This document shows positions 27,983 to 43,243 of a stretch of 64,000 nucleotides of DNA, piece by piece. The notes beneath the pieces were generated by a model. The model was not told the DNA's origin. It saw only the letters and a program-made list of their open reading frames with translations, and did not search any database. Source of the stretch: Eledone cirrhosa (Eukaryota). The stretch is taken from positions 6,448,001 to 6,512,000 of the forward strand of contig OZ024748.1 of the NCBI GenBank assembly GCA_964016885.1, given 5' to 3'. Numbering within the stretch: the first letter of the stretch is position 1; every line of letters begins with the position of its first letter. The position numbers and the translations under genes were made by a program.

Positions 27983-28242
27983 ACTCCCATCCATCATTCT
28001 ACATTACACTTCAGTAAATTATATGACAGCTTATAATGGATGTTTTCCTACGTCTGTTTGTGATTTATTTGCGTTATTTATGTTGTTTGGTTTGGTTCTC
28101 TTCCAGTAAAACAAAGGTAGACAACTCACTCCAATTATACCACCACTACATCTGCTATTGAGTGGAGTATAGAAGGCTAATACATCTGTAGTCATATATA
28201 TATATATATGTGTGTGTATCCGAGAATGCGGGAGAGTGAGAG

Positions 28243-28321
<79 letters not shown>

Positions 28322-28424
28322 GTAGAACACTGGAAGGTAATATCCGTAGTGGTAGAGCACTCAGTCCAAGGGACGAGTTAGGTAGAAGTGGTTACACAAC
28401 AGTTAGTAACTGTTGTGTAACCAC

Positions 28425-28524
<100 letters not shown>

Positions 28525-28649
28525 CCTGGGTCCAATCGGGAGTAATCATGATTAGTAAGTTACTCGATACATTAGTTTGAGATTTAAACATCAAGTTTAA
28601 TATAGAAATACCTTCTTCACTACTGTTTAAATCAGAAGAAATCACACAC

Positions 28650-28689
<40 letters not shown>

Positions 28690-29072
28690 AGGGAGGGAGG
28701 GAGGAAGAGACTGACAGTAAATAAACACACAACACAAACACCGGCCTTCTATTCAATCAATAGAACGGTAATATTTTTTTTTTATTTTCTCACACTTTCC
28801 ATTTAAACTGGAAATAAAACAACTCCTTAAAGGGACATAATTCCCGCTGGACTTGGTAGGCGGATCTGGTAGCGTCCCTTGGAATATAATCAGTTTCAAC
28901 TCGCAGCATAGTTCGTTGCGGTCATGTAACTGATCCCCCCCCCCTCTCTGATATATATGTATATATATATATATATATTTTTTTTTAAGGTTAAACAAGG
29001 TTCAATGAATAAATCATAGAATGAGTTTTACAATAGATTGGAAGCACTCAACAGCTATGGTTTTCCGGATTA

Positions 29073-29293
29073 ATATTGATTCAAAATATAAACAAAAATA
29101 GACATTCGTGTGATGAAGTATATTTTATTATACATATGTCAGATGTACTGAGCTATCTACAACAGTACGTCCTCATCAGATAAAATAAGATGACATACCC
29201 CGACTTAAGTCAAGGTATGTCATGCATCATCTGAAATATGTATAATAAAATATACTTGATCACACGAATGTCTATTTTTGTAGATATTTTGAA

Positions 29294-29300
<7 letters not shown>
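29073..29300 (-). mobile_element. Family C-like hammerhead element (29123-29185) with inverted copy of its 3' half
   Basis: Minus strand: TTTTAT-CTGATGA-GGACGTACTG...CAGTACATCT-GACA-TATGTA-TA^ATAAAA. The inverted arm at 29228-29300 keeps GAAA-TATGTA-TA-ATAAAA. Confidence 0.6.
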
Positions 29301-29370
<70 letters not shown>

Positions 29371-29488
29371 ATATATATGTTATTGTGCGTGTATGTATAT
29401 ACACAAATATACATATACATTACACATACATGAAACAAAACACAAGAAGTATATTATAGTTGTATTAGGTTCACGTTTGGAGGAAGTG

Positions 29489-29539
<51 letters not shown>

Positions 29540-29799
29540 GTGTGTGTGTGTGTAAACAGATGTGAGAGGGAAAATATATTTTATTTGATTTCCGCTGTGG
29601 GGCAACCTCACAGAATATTCCAAACTTTCCTTTCCTTCTTTTTATATATATACACGAAAATCAGTCGGAAAATATACATTGATGAGTTGTAGTGCACCTG
29701 AGCACTGTACACAATAATTTCATAAATAAATAAATAAATAAATAAATAAATATGGAATAAATAAATAAAAAAATAAAATAAAGAAATCATTCCCTTGCC

Positions 29800-29925
29800 A
29801 TTCTGAGTTCAAATCCCGCCGAGGTTAACTTCGCCTTTCATCCTTACGGGGTCGATAAAATAAAGTACCAGTAATGCACTGAGTAATTGCTGGCCTTGTG
29901 CCAAAAGTAGAAACAATTATTATTA
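29800..29925 (+). mobile_element. SINE copy (others at ~32553-32725 -, 42258-42362 +, 49866-50045 +, 51757-51830 +, 57028-57132 -, 59577-59760 +)
   Basis: ctgagttcaaatcccgccgaggttaac...gtagaaacaattatt. Confidence 0.8.
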
Positions 29926-30034
29926 TTTTTTTTTGTTCCACGTTCATTTCCTAACCCTAACCCTTACCGCAGAAAAGAATCGTTAAAGACCCCGTTTTTT
30001 GTTAATGTGTATATACATACATATATATATATAA

Positions 30035-30104
<70 letters not shown>

Positions 30105-30727
30105 TGTGTATATATAATGGTCTATATATATATAATGTGTTTGCATATATATGATGTGTCTATGTATATATAAGCTACTGTATTTAGTAGCAGCTGGCGA
30201 TAATCGAGTTATCGACCAGAAAATTAAATATATTAACGCCCACTGGAAATAATTTAATTTTCTGCTGTTTTACAGCGAAGTACGTATGTATGTATGTATG
30301 TAGAAAGGTGTATGTGTGTATGTATGTATGTGTGTATGTATGTATGTGTGCATGTATGTATGTATGTATGTATGTATGTATGTATGTGTGTATGTATGTA
30401 TGTATGTATGTATGTATGTATGTATGTATGTATGTATGTGTGTATGTATGTATGTATGTATGTATGTATGTATGTATGTATGTATGTATGTATGTGTGTA
30501 TGTATGTATGTGTGTATGTATGTATGTATGTATGTGGGTGTGTGTATGTATGTATGTATGTACGTATGTATGTATTATGTTGACTTGTTCTTCTTTTTGG
30601 TAAATATCATCTTGGTTAAGAGAGTGGGACTGGCTTTGTGCAGTGCCTTTTCTCACTATAAAGGCTTCACGGCACAAGCATTGCTTTATATCTGGAGATC
30701 TCTCTGCACTTGTCGTCACATGGTACC

Positions 30728-30806
30728 ATGGGCCCTGTGTGTCACTATGGGCCCTGTGTGTCACTATGGGCCCTGTGTGTCACTATGGGCCCTGTGTGTC
30801 ACTATG
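30728..30806 (+). repeat. 19-bp tandem repeat atgggccctgtgtgtcact, about 4 copies
   Basis: Directly visible. Confidence 0.9.
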
Positions 30807-30816
30807 TGTCAATAAT

Positions 30817-30961
30817 TGTCACAAGTGTAGTGTTTGTACCAGAGTTTTCAAGTCGCTGGCTGGACTAAAAAGTCACACTCGTTCAGCGCATCGGTAGGTG
30901 TTCTCTTACATGGATATAAAGTAGTGGCCGTGCTCGAAAACGAGTTGGCAGCCACCATGTA
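30817..30961 (+). mobile_element. Second copy of the C2H2-finger LINE 3' end
   Basis: Direct sequence match to 24930-25075; the ORF track shows CHKCSVCTRVFKSLAGLKSHTRSAHR. Confidence 0.6.
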
Positions 30962-31132
30962 TTATGTATATATGTGCGTTTATACGTGTGAATATATATA
31001 TATATATAGAGAGAGAGGGGGGAGAGGGAAGAAAACAATTAATTGTTACACCAAACATTTACTTTTCAGGGAAGTATATATATATATTCATTTCATTAAG
31101 GCTAAATAGTTTAACCTGTTTATGACAGGGTC

Positions 31133-31241
31133 ATCTTGCCTGATGACCCAAAGATAAACAGGCGAATCTCCAGAGTAACAAGATTCAATATTTAGCCTTC
31201 GTAAAGTGAATCCTAAAACTCTACTTCCGTATTGGGTACTC
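31133..31241 (+). mobile_element. Degenerate hammerhead element with shared tail motif
   Basis: ATCTTG-c-CTGATGA...CAAGAT stem I pairing, but the GAAA box is damaged. Followed by ACTCTACTTCCGTATTGGGTACTC. Confidence 0.4.
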
Positions 31242-31259
31242 TTTTCTATCAACCATCAA

Positions 31260-31326
<67 letters not shown>

Positions 31327-31538
31327 TATATTTGGGATAAGAAGTTATCTTTTTAGGAGGTTATCAGTTAGAGGTTGTGAGTACTCTGTACTATGGAGAG
31401 TTGTAACGTACGGCGTTGTTTGACTCAACAAGAGGTTTCCTTAGTTAGATAGCGATTTTGTAGGTTATTATTGGAGTAATAGTAGTGAAAGAGTGAAGAA
31501 TAACATGGTCGGCTGTCTATATATATATATATATATAT

Positions 31539-31602
<64 letters not shown>

Positions 31603-31627
31603 AGAGAGAGAGGAAATTGTAGTTAGG

Positions 31628-31846
31628 TATAAACGTTTGGAGTTAGAAGGCCAAAACAATGCAGGTATGGATATAGAATATAAATACAAATGGAAAAGAT
31701 ATTGCTGACAATTAGTCTTTTACCATAAATTTATTTGAATCTCCTTAATTTGCGAGAAAATATCTCTTCCATCCGAAGAAGAGATATTATCTCGAAAATT
31801 AAGGTAAAAGACAGCAATATCTGGCCTTCTAACTCCAAACGTTTAT
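31628..31846. mobile_element. Foldback with degenerate hammerhead core (31773-31797)
   Basis: Inverted arms ataaacgtttggagttagaaggcc / ggccttctaactccaaacgtttat, enclosing CCGAAGA-A GAGAT ATT ATCTC-GAAA. Confidence 0.5.
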
Positions 31847-31980
31847 ATATATATATACACATAACCTTTATTTGGGGGGACTGGCTTAAAATACAGTGAA
31901 TTCATAAAAAAATACGGCTAAGAAGCTCAAGAAAGTGGTGATCCATGGCATTCAACCTGCAGAGACGATGCAAAATTATA

Positions 31981-32026
<46 letters not shown>

Positions 32027-33072
32027 TGATGCTGGTAGTGATTCCTTGGCCTGCCATGTCCAATAGATTTTTTGAAATTCTATTTTTAACGTTACGTTGA
32101 TCGAATGACCTTGAGGAATATCGTTCAGTCAATTTATCTTTCAATATTGAAGTATTTAAACCTAGAAGTATTGACCCGACATCAAAGAATGCCACTGATC
32201 TTCCCACGCAAAGCAAAAATGATTGACAAAGGTTTTCTACCGCATCAAATTTGTCCAGAAGAAACACACATACATATACACACATACTCATAAATACACA
32301 CCTATATATTGTCGAGAACATATATACACACAAACTAACACGTATATACATACAAACACTCCAAGACATTAACACACACAAAGAAACTGTCCACAAGACA
32401 CAAACACACACACATACACTGTCCAGAACACACAACTACACACATGCAGATAAACAAACTTTCCAGAGCATACAGACACACAAAGATACAGAGACTCATA
32501 CACACAAATATATACGCATACCCTCACACACACACAAATACAGACATACATATAATTGTTTCTACTTTTTCTACAAAACCAAGTATATTACTGGTACTTT
32601 ATTTTATCGACCCCGTAAGGATGAAAGGCAAAGTTAACCTCGGTGGGATTTGAACTCAGACCGTAAAGGGACGCAACTCTATGCTTCAATGCATGGTGTC
32701 CGATTCTCTACCGATACTGCCAATATACGCCTATTAGGGTGGTAAGAAACCGCGGTAAAACAGCAGTAATGGCGAACACATTTTAATGTGACATCAGCAG
32801 AATGTTCAAGAAGTCTTCTAGCGAAATATATCGATGTCGAAAATATCAACAGCGAAACGGTGAGGACGCAATGCTTCAGTGAATAGTAGCATTGGAACTT
32901 CTCTCGAGGTGTTTAATGGGCGAAAAGGTTTCAAATAGAACTTGTGATTCTTCAACCGTGGCCAAAAGTCGAGTGCTTAAACATAAGAAAGCGGCTGTTT
33001 GATGTGAAGTATATATATATACACACACATATACAAATACATACAAATATATATATATATATATACACACAT

Positions 33073-33124
<52 letters not shown>

Positions 33125-33176
33125 ATATACATACATGAATATATATACACACACACGTACATATATACACACTTAC

Positions 33177-33225
<49 letters not shown>

Positions 33226-33238
33226 TAAGTATTAACAC

Positions 33239-33278
<40 letters not shown>

Positions 33279-33470
33279 TATATACATAGAAGCATATACA
33301 CACAGGCACATACACATATACGTACATACATACTGGTATATGTTTGTTTATTAGTTTGTGTAATTTGTTTTATACTTAGTCTCCATTTAATTTTTTTTCC
33401 TCGATGTAGATTTTTGTCTATCTTTTTATGTGTTAGGATTGTGGGTGTATACGCATACGTACACACACAG

Positions 33471-33581
<111 letters not shown>

Positions 33582-33671
33582 TAATGATGTTCTGGGCAAA
33601 CATCCATTGAGCTTTTTCTCAGAGAATCATATTCATTATAGATATTGTATATGTTATGATAATTTAAATTA

Positions 33672-34217
<546 letters not shown>

Positions 34218-34324
34218 TTTGATACAGATATATGTAATAGGTTATATATAAAGAACACATAATTAAAGCATTTATGTCTGAAAACACACAGACATCAGAC
34301 ATACACACAATCGTATTTTGTGCT

Positions 34325-34385
<61 letters not shown>

Positions 34386-34536
34386 ATATATTCATGATTA
34401 TAAGTACCCAATGTATATGCATATATTTCTTTGAAGATATAAAATTAATCCTATTTTAGTCCTGCTTCCAAGACTAATTTCACAATAAACTCCACAATAT
34501 GATCCACTTAGGTATTTAATACACTCTAGAGGCAAT

Positions 34537-35420
34537 AATTGTTTCTACTTTAGGCACAAGGCCAGCAATTACCCAGTGCATTACTGGTACTTTATTTTAT
34601 CGACCCCGTAAGGATGAAAGGCAAAGTCAACCTCGGCGGGATTTGAACTCAGATCGTAAAGGGACGTAACTATGCTGGAAAGCATGGCGTCCGACCCTCT
34701 ACCGATACTGTCAATTCACTGCCAGAGGCAATAAGGATTTCTACTTTAGGCACAAGGCCAGATCGATAAAATGAAGCACCATTACTGGTGCTTCATTTTA
34801 TCGATCCATATTTCAAATCCCGCCGAGGTTAGCTTTGCCTTTCAAGTAAAGTACCATTCATACACTGGGGTCGATTTAATCGACTTCCCTTCCTCGAGAA
34901 TTAGTGGCGTTGTGCTATAACAAAAATCATTATTATTTGGCAGTATCGGTAGAGGGTCGGACGTTATGCTTCGCAGCATAGTTACGTCCCTTTACTGACT
35001 GAGTTCAAATCCCGCCGAGGTTAACTTTGCCTTTCATCCTTACGGGGTCGATAAAATAAAGTACCAGTAATGCACTGGGTGATTGCTGGCCTTGTGCCTA
35101 AAGTAGAAACAATTATTATTTGGCAGTATCGCTAGAGGGTCGGACGCCATGCTTTCCAGCATAGTTACGTCTCTTTACTGACTGAGTTCAAATCCCGCCG
35201 AGGTTGACTTTGCCTTTCATCCTTAAGGGGTCGATAAAATAAAGTACCAGTAATGCACTGGTTGATTGCTGGCCTTGTGCCTAAAGTAGAAACAATTATT
35301 ATATATATTCAAAATAACGTAAGGCAAAGCTAACTTTGACGGGATTTAAAGGTAAAACTCTATAACTCTATGTTTCAAAGCATGGTGCCTGACGCTCTAC
35401 CGATATTGCCACACCACCCT
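34537..35420. mobile_element. Cluster of about five SINE copies in both orientations
   Basis: Copies at ~34537-34722 (-), 34735-34925 (rearranged), 34936-35118 (+), 35119-35300 (+) and 35318-35420 (-). Confidence 0.85.
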
Positions 35421-35869
35421 CGTGCTCTAGAGGCAATAGTATGAGTACCAGTCATATACGGTGGGTCTCAACTGAACCAACTATACCATTCTTAGCCTAT
35501 TTATTTTTGAGGTGTGTTTGAAAATGTGAAATTATCTTTATAAACTATTAGGATCCTTAGGGAGAAAGAAAGGGAAAGGGTGAGACGCACTTGGCCTGAT
35601 AATATATTGAATTACCAAACATTGTCACATGGGGTCGTACCACAACACATACACACACATATGTGTGTGTATGTGTGTAGTATATATATAGGAAAAGAGT
35701 CAGGACCCCGACGGCTGAGCCAGCAGTATTAGGACGACAGGGACCTAGCTGAACTTATCAAGGGGTACAGCCCATATATATGCATTCAATCAAAACAAAA
35801 AAAGCAGAAGTATCAAATCAAAAAATCCTAAAAATGTGTTGTTTTTCTTGGGTGTGTGTGTGTGTGTGC

Positions 35870-35902
<33 letters not shown>

Positions 35903-35926
35903 TTCATTCAAACACACTCACTCCCA

Positions 35927-35961
<35 letters not shown>

Positions 35962-36601
35962 GTCTGTGTGTGTGTGTGTGTGTGTAATCAAATATTATGT
36001 ATTAAAATAATATCAAAGAAAATAAATTTAAATAAACATAAGCTCAATACTAGAGTTCAGATTAGAAAGTATATTTATTTATCAGCTGTATAGCAGCGAA
36101 CCTTTACTAAATGACTTTTCTTCACCGACACCTGCCAACAGTTTTTTTTTTTTCAAACTTTACCTTCGTTTTCTAGTTGCTAAATTTACTGCAAAGTTAA
36201 TTAACCTTTTACTTTAATGTTTTTGCTGCTCCAAATATTTTCTTCCGACAGTTTTTAGTAAGATATAGTATAGGTACATTGTGCAGAAGGACAACCGTCG
36301 GAACGACGGCTATATTTGTGACTCAAAGTCTGCGAAGTCTGGGCCTTGGTCTGCAACCATGAAAGTAAAATCGAAAATAGGCGAGAAAGGACTTCATGCT
36401 CGAAATATTGTGAATTCGTTCTTTTACACAAGGCATAATGCTTTACTTTTTAATTTTATTTCCTGGTTTCAATCAGAAAATTGCCTAATTTGTAATTCAA
36501 ATGGCTAGACGTTACGTCTACCTGATGATTACATTAAAGGTAAACGCTTTTGTGTCATGCTAATACATTTACGTCCGATGTTATAATGCAAAAAGCAGAT
36601 A

Positions 36602-36666
<65 letters not shown>

Positions 36667-36758
36667 GCATACACATGTATGGATGCTGAAAACACTAACA
36701 CAGTTTTTATCCAAGAATAAATCACACACACATACAAATACATACACATGTACATGCA

Positions 36759-36840
<82 letters not shown>

Positions 36841-37309
36841 AACGTGTGTGTCTTTAGCTATGTGACTTGTTTGTAATTCGAAGGCCCAGTATTTTCCCAA
36901 TCTATCTTGCCGAGTCTGCGCGAGCAGACTGTCCATCCTCCTATTTCATCTTTTATATCTGATTCTATATATTGATGAAGGACCAGAGGCCGAAACACAC
37001 ACAAAAATAAACAAACACTTTTCCTACTCTATCAAGCGTTAAACTAAAATATTTCTTCAGTGTACTGTGTTGTCAGCTTTGTTGTTACTGTTTACATTCT
37101 ACATAATTGTATACTCTTTGTGAGCATATGAATAAATGCAAATCAATTTGAATATCGAGGCATACACCCGTCTCTCTCTCCCACACATGCGCAAAGAAGG
37201 AAAACAATATATATTAACAGAACTACCAGTTACAGACAGTAGAGTTTGATAGATACAATGGTGCCTCTCATTCATTACCATATTGTGCAAATATATGTAC
37301 ATGTATACA

Positions 37310-38640
37310 CACACACAATTACACTGATACAAACATACACACACACAATTACACTGATACAAACATACACACACACAAACATACACTCACAGTTACACTC
37401 ATACAAACATACACTCAGTTACACTCATACAAACATACACTCACACAGTTACACTCATACAAACATACACTCACACAGTTACACTCATAGAAACATACAC
37501 TCACGGTTACACTCATACAAACATACACTCACAGTTACACTCATACAAACATACACTCACACAGTTACACTCATACAAACATACACACACAGTTACACTC
37601 ATACAAACATACACTCACACAGTTACACTCATAGAAACATACACTCACAGTTACACTCATACAAACATACACTCACACAGTTACACTCATACAAACATAC
37701 ACTCACACAGTTACACTCATACAAACATACACTCACAGTTACACTCATACAAACATACACTCACAGTTACACTCATACAAACATACACTCACAGTTACAC
37801 TCATACAAACATACACTCACAGTTACACTCATACAAACATACACTCACGCAGTTACACACATACAAACATACACTCACACAGTTACACTCATACAAACAT
37901 ACACTCACACAGTTACACTCATACAAACATACACTCACAGTTACACTCATACAAACATACACTCACAGTTACACTCATACAAACATACACTCACAGTTAC
38001 ACTCATACAAACATACACTCACAGTTACACTCATACAAACATACACTCACACAGTTACACTCATACAAACATACACTCACACAGTTACACTCATACAAAC
38101 ATACACTCACAGTTACACTCATACAAACATACACTCACAGTTACACTCATACAAACATACACTCACAGTTACACTCATGCAAACATACACTCACAGTTAC
38201 ACTCATACAAACATACACACACAGTTACACTCATACAAACATACACCCACAGTTACACTCATACAAACATACACACACAGTTACACTCATACAAACATAC
38301 ACACACAGTTACACTCATACAAACATACACACACAGTTACACTCATACAAACATACACACACAGTTACACTCATACAAACATACACACACAGTAACACTC
38401 ATACAAACATACACACACAGTTACACTCATACAAACATACACACACAGTTACACTCATACAAACATACACACACAGTTACACTCATACAAACATACACAC
38501 ACAGTTACACTCATACAAACATACACCCACAGTTACACTCATACAAACATACACCCACAGTTACACTCATACAAACATACACACACAGTTACACTCATAC
38601 AAACATACACACACAGTTACACTCATACAAACATACATAT
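37310..38640 (+). repeat. Minisatellite, 28-30-bp unit acagttacactcatacaaacatacac(tc/ac)
   Basis: Direct tandem array; explains the spurious 489-aa ORF. Confidence 0.95.
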
Positions 38641-38718
38641 ACACACAAAGCGCCTCTACAACATTACCATATTGATTCATATATATATCTATACATTTGT
38701 ACTATATATGCATGAGTG

Positions 38719-38788
<70 letters not shown>

Positions 38789-38791
38789 TGT

Positions 38792-38835
<44 letters not shown>

Positions 38836-38949
38836 TAGTGCGCGTATGCATACATACATATATAGTTATTCCCTCACAGAGAGAGAGAAGGAGATAGATA
38901 GATAGATAGAGAGAGATGGATAGATAGATAGATAGATAGATATATAGAT

Positions 38950-38983
<34 letters not shown>

Positions 38984-39168
38984 GGGGAGAGAGAGAGAGA
39001 GGGGGAGAGAGAGAGAGAGTGTCTCTTCAACATTACCATAATGAAATATAAATCACATCTCCACAAGGAAAGATGACTGGAGCCGACCAGATTCACTTCC
39101 TTGGAAACCCTGATGGTATTAAATACCAGGCGGCTTTGTGAATACCTAATTCCTTAAACACACCAGAA

Positions 39169-39173
39169 ACAGC

Positions 39174-39253
<80 letters not shown>

Positions 39254-39254
39254 C

Positions 39255-39343
<89 letters not shown>

Positions 39344-39360
39344 CAGCAGCAGCAGTAGCA
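39169..39360. repeat. (TAG/CAG)n microsatellite
   Basis: Directly visible. Confidence 0.95.
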
Positions 39361-39519
39361 TGTCGAAGATCATGGTGTTTATGAAACTAGACTCCCAACA
39401 ATTGGCGAGATATTTTCCTATGGCGTCTAAGAACTTAGGAAGTCATACCTGCTAACAATAGCTGTATGACCACTGACACGCTTACATACACAGATATGCT
39501 TTCTCTATCATAGACACAG

Positions 39520-39581
<62 letters not shown>

Positions 39582-39708
39582 TCACACACCCATAGACACA
39601 CCCATATGCACACTCACACACCCATAGACACACATATATAAATATATATATGAATTCCTAACGTGCTGAAAACTTTAAGCGCGCATTGAGCTTTTCTCAC
39701 CTTTCCAA

Positions 39709-39795
<87 letters not shown>

Positions 39796-39800
39796 TCTAG

Positions 39801-39831
<31 letters not shown>

Positions 39832-39966
39832 ATACTTGGGGAGGGTCATATTTGTGTAATATTGCCAGAATTAATAACATAACACACTCACTGTGTGGTT
39901 GGTTTTCGCTTTTCGCTTCTGTGTCTTTTTTGTGTCTTTTATATCGGTAATCTAATTTATTCGCAA

Positions 39967-40007
<41 letters not shown>

Positions 40008-40139
40008 TATACATATACATATATGTATGTATTCATACCATAGAAACAGTTAAAATGTAACCGAATGTATTTAAGTGTAGTATAAATTATATATTTCGAA
40101 AGAAATATAGTCATGACTTCAAAGTGTCCGCTGTAACGA

Positions 40140-40402
40140 GGCTTTTTTGTGACATGGGACTCTCAATATCAAATTTGGTAGACGGATATTGATTGTAAGC
40201 CTGTCGAGTGGACAGTCCTTGTATTTCAAAAAGCCAGCCTTGTTACATACTGTACTACGCTAACTTATCTTGGGTATCACGTTAAGGGCACATACAAATA
40301 TTTGTTGGATCATTAGTCAGTTCCACGTTAATTTCAGGAACAGGTTTTTCCATTGATCGAACAATTGGCGACAGTCATCATGGAAGCCACCGAATATCCA
40401 AC
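40140..40402 (+). mobile_element. Old interspersed repeat (probable octopus SINE/LINE 3' part)
   Basis: acgttaagggcaca...cacgttaatttcaggaacagg...ttgatcg resembles a common octopus repeat from recollection; single copy in this window. Confidence 0.3.
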
Positions 40403-41507
40403 GTTTATTATCATTTTTTGTTTGTTTAGCCCTAGTTCAATTTTGATCTATTTTCAGGCAGGCCTTAGACCAAAGCCGTTTTAGTGATCTTTATATTTAC
40501 GGTAGTAACGAAAAATGTTAGTAACTGCGATTATCCGTATCATTAGAAGATAAAAACTCCTTTTATATGTGTTTCCACGAACGTTTTTACTATAACATTC
40601 TATTTTAAAAGACACTGTGGTGCGATTTGACACTGTAGGCTTGCTATTTCTAGCAGATCAAACCGACGCGAACTGTTGTTATTTCCATTATTTAACCCTA
40701 GGTCTCATTGATAAGTTAGACGGTGGATGATAGACGTAGACGTTCTAGTTATGGTTCTTTTGTTTCTCTTAGGATCTCGAATAAGTAATATGGCGAGTTG
40801 GAAAGCTGAGAAATAAATATTTCGTTGGAATTAGTAAATAAAAACTACCTGCAAAGTTCTATCTACGACAATAATATCTAATACCTCCTTCATTCCTAAA
40901 CCCTTTTAATACCAACCCAGCCAAAACCAGGTTTGGTCCTAAAAGAGAAACCCCTTCCCATTTCAAGGAGTTCATATTTATCTTCCAAAATAGATTTATA
41001 AAATAGGTTTATGAAATAGATTTATAAAATATCCAACTCTTAAGTTACAATCCCAGTAGGGAAATAATTGATCATTTTAGAAATCACTCAAAATTCTTCC
41101 TTGGTTATTTTAAATAAGTACCTTTCATTAGAAATACAATCACGAAAGAGTAAATAGAGCTACACTATTCGTTCGAGATTTAGCTACTATTTCAAGCAGA
41201 TCAAGCGGGCTTCTCTTTGTACATTCACGGGGGCGTGACTAAGTTCAGTTGACTGCTAAACAACCATTGGTTGTGGAGATCATGTGACAATGTCACACAA
41301 CAGCTACCATATGGTGGATTACCCTGATTGGACTCTTGAGTGTTGAGTGACAGAACGATTTGATGGTAGAGATATGACTGTCGTTAAGACAAACCTGATG
41401 GTAAATATGTCCACACATGTACGACCCGCTTGGGTTTACGTTCAAACTGTTGACTTGTACTTGGATCAAAGGGAATCAATTTGGGGTTAGATACACACAC
41501 ACACGTC

Positions 41508-41625
<118 letters not shown>

Positions 41626-42062
41626 AAATGAGGATTTTTAAATGAAAAGAAAAAAAATCGAGATGTCCCACACGAGTGAAAGTATAAGGAAAAGAAATCG
41701 CAAATGCAACTGGAGATTTTAAGAATATATTTATATATATATATATATAACAGAAAAAATGAATGGAATAACAACAACACCCAAACAAACAACACTGACC
41801 TAAGAGAAGTATAAATAAATAAATAAATAAATAAATACATACACAAGCACAATAACAACAAACACATAAACACACACTAGTAAACTAAGATAGAATACAT
41901 TAACCAATACACAGTCACCAAAACAAGAACACACATCAAACAAAACACTATACGCAAACGCATGCGCAGAGAAGACAAAAAAATAAATAAATAAATAAAT
42001 AAATAAACAGACTAAATAAAGATGGCGTAAGCATACAATGCAACGGGAGGAAACATAATAGC

Positions 42063-42104
42063 AACACTGACGATGTTGCAGATGTGCAACGAAAGAACTT
42101 TGAT
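42063..42104 (+). ncRNA. Minimal hammerhead motif, family D
   Basis: AACA-CTGACGA-T GTTGCA GATG TGCAAC-GAAA-GAAC-TT^TGAT, with a 6-bp stem II. Lies in an element (~42015-42410) ending in ATGACCCTCCCCAAGTATAACAATAT. Confidence 0.65.
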
Positions 42105-42406
42105 AGACTATATATATGTGTTTGTGTCTATATTGTATCTGTATTTTTGACCGTTGGTCAGTCAATGGCAACATTGAGGACCGAATAAATTAGATTAACC
42201 GATATAAAAGACATAGAAGCGAAAACCAACCAAACAGTGAGTGTGTTCTGTTATTAACGTCGAGGTTAACTTTGCCTTTCATCCTTACGGGGTCGATAAA
42301 ATAAAGTACCAGTAATGCACTGGGTATTTGCTGGCCTTGTGCCTAAAGTAGAAACAATTATTAATTCTGGCAATATTATTACACAAATATGACCCTCCCC
42401 AAGTAT

Positions 42407-42453
<47 letters not shown>

Positions 42454-42529
42454 GAGGTAATATTTAATTTGTTGGGATTCAACAAGCTTAAACATTTTTG
42501 TCAATATTTATTTATAAAACAAATCTGTA

Positions 42530-42591
42530 TTTTATCTGATGAAAGTGCACCATAATTTGCCTTAGTTGCCCTTGAAATATATATAATAAAA
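42530..42591 (+). ncRNA. Hammerhead motif, family C
   Basis: TTTTAT-CTGATGA-AAGTGCAC...GTTGCCCTT-GAAA-TATATA-TA^ATAAAA. Perfect 6-bp stem I, palindromic stem III, imperfect long stem II. Confidence 0.6.
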
Positions 42592-43200
42592 TAAATATGG
42601 TTTTATAAATATAGTTTCCATTTATATATTGTATATTGTATATATATATATATATATATATTTATCTATTTATCTACCTCTTTATCTGTCTATATATCTC
42701 TCTCTCTCTCTATCGATCTGTCTACCTCTCTGTCTATCTATCTATCTATCTAAAGTTATCTATCTATCTACAACTTCTACAATCACAACAACAACAATAA
42801 CCGCAGTAACAGTAACCACTAAAACACAAATAGTAACCCCTACTAAAACAACTATTGTACGATCTACAGCAATAACACCAGTAACCACTACAACAACAAC
42901 AATTGTAACCTCAACAATAACAACTACAATATAATATCAAGACCAACCACTAAGTCACGAACATTCATTATACAGAAATGATCAAATAAAGAAAATAACA
43001 AATTTTATTTAATAGAGTTGAAACTTTGGGTTAAAATAAACAACAACAACAGCAATATTTTCTCAAATTGCACCAACTCTGTGATAAAGAATAACATCAA
43101 AGTAAACTACAGCGGCACGCCACCGAGCTAGACATTTATAATCAAGTAACTTAACTCAAATGTATTGATTTCAATATAATACTAATAATAATACTAATAA

Positions 43201-43243
<43 letters not shown>

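Noticed and set aside
30643-30897. C2H2 zinc-finger ORF as a host zinc-finger gene
   Set aside because: A single terminal finger duplicated with its 3' UTR at 24930; fits a LINE C-terminus.
37246-38715. 489-aa ORF, plus long ORFs at 46597-47909
   Set aside because: Translations of minisatellites lacking stop codons; no domain signal.
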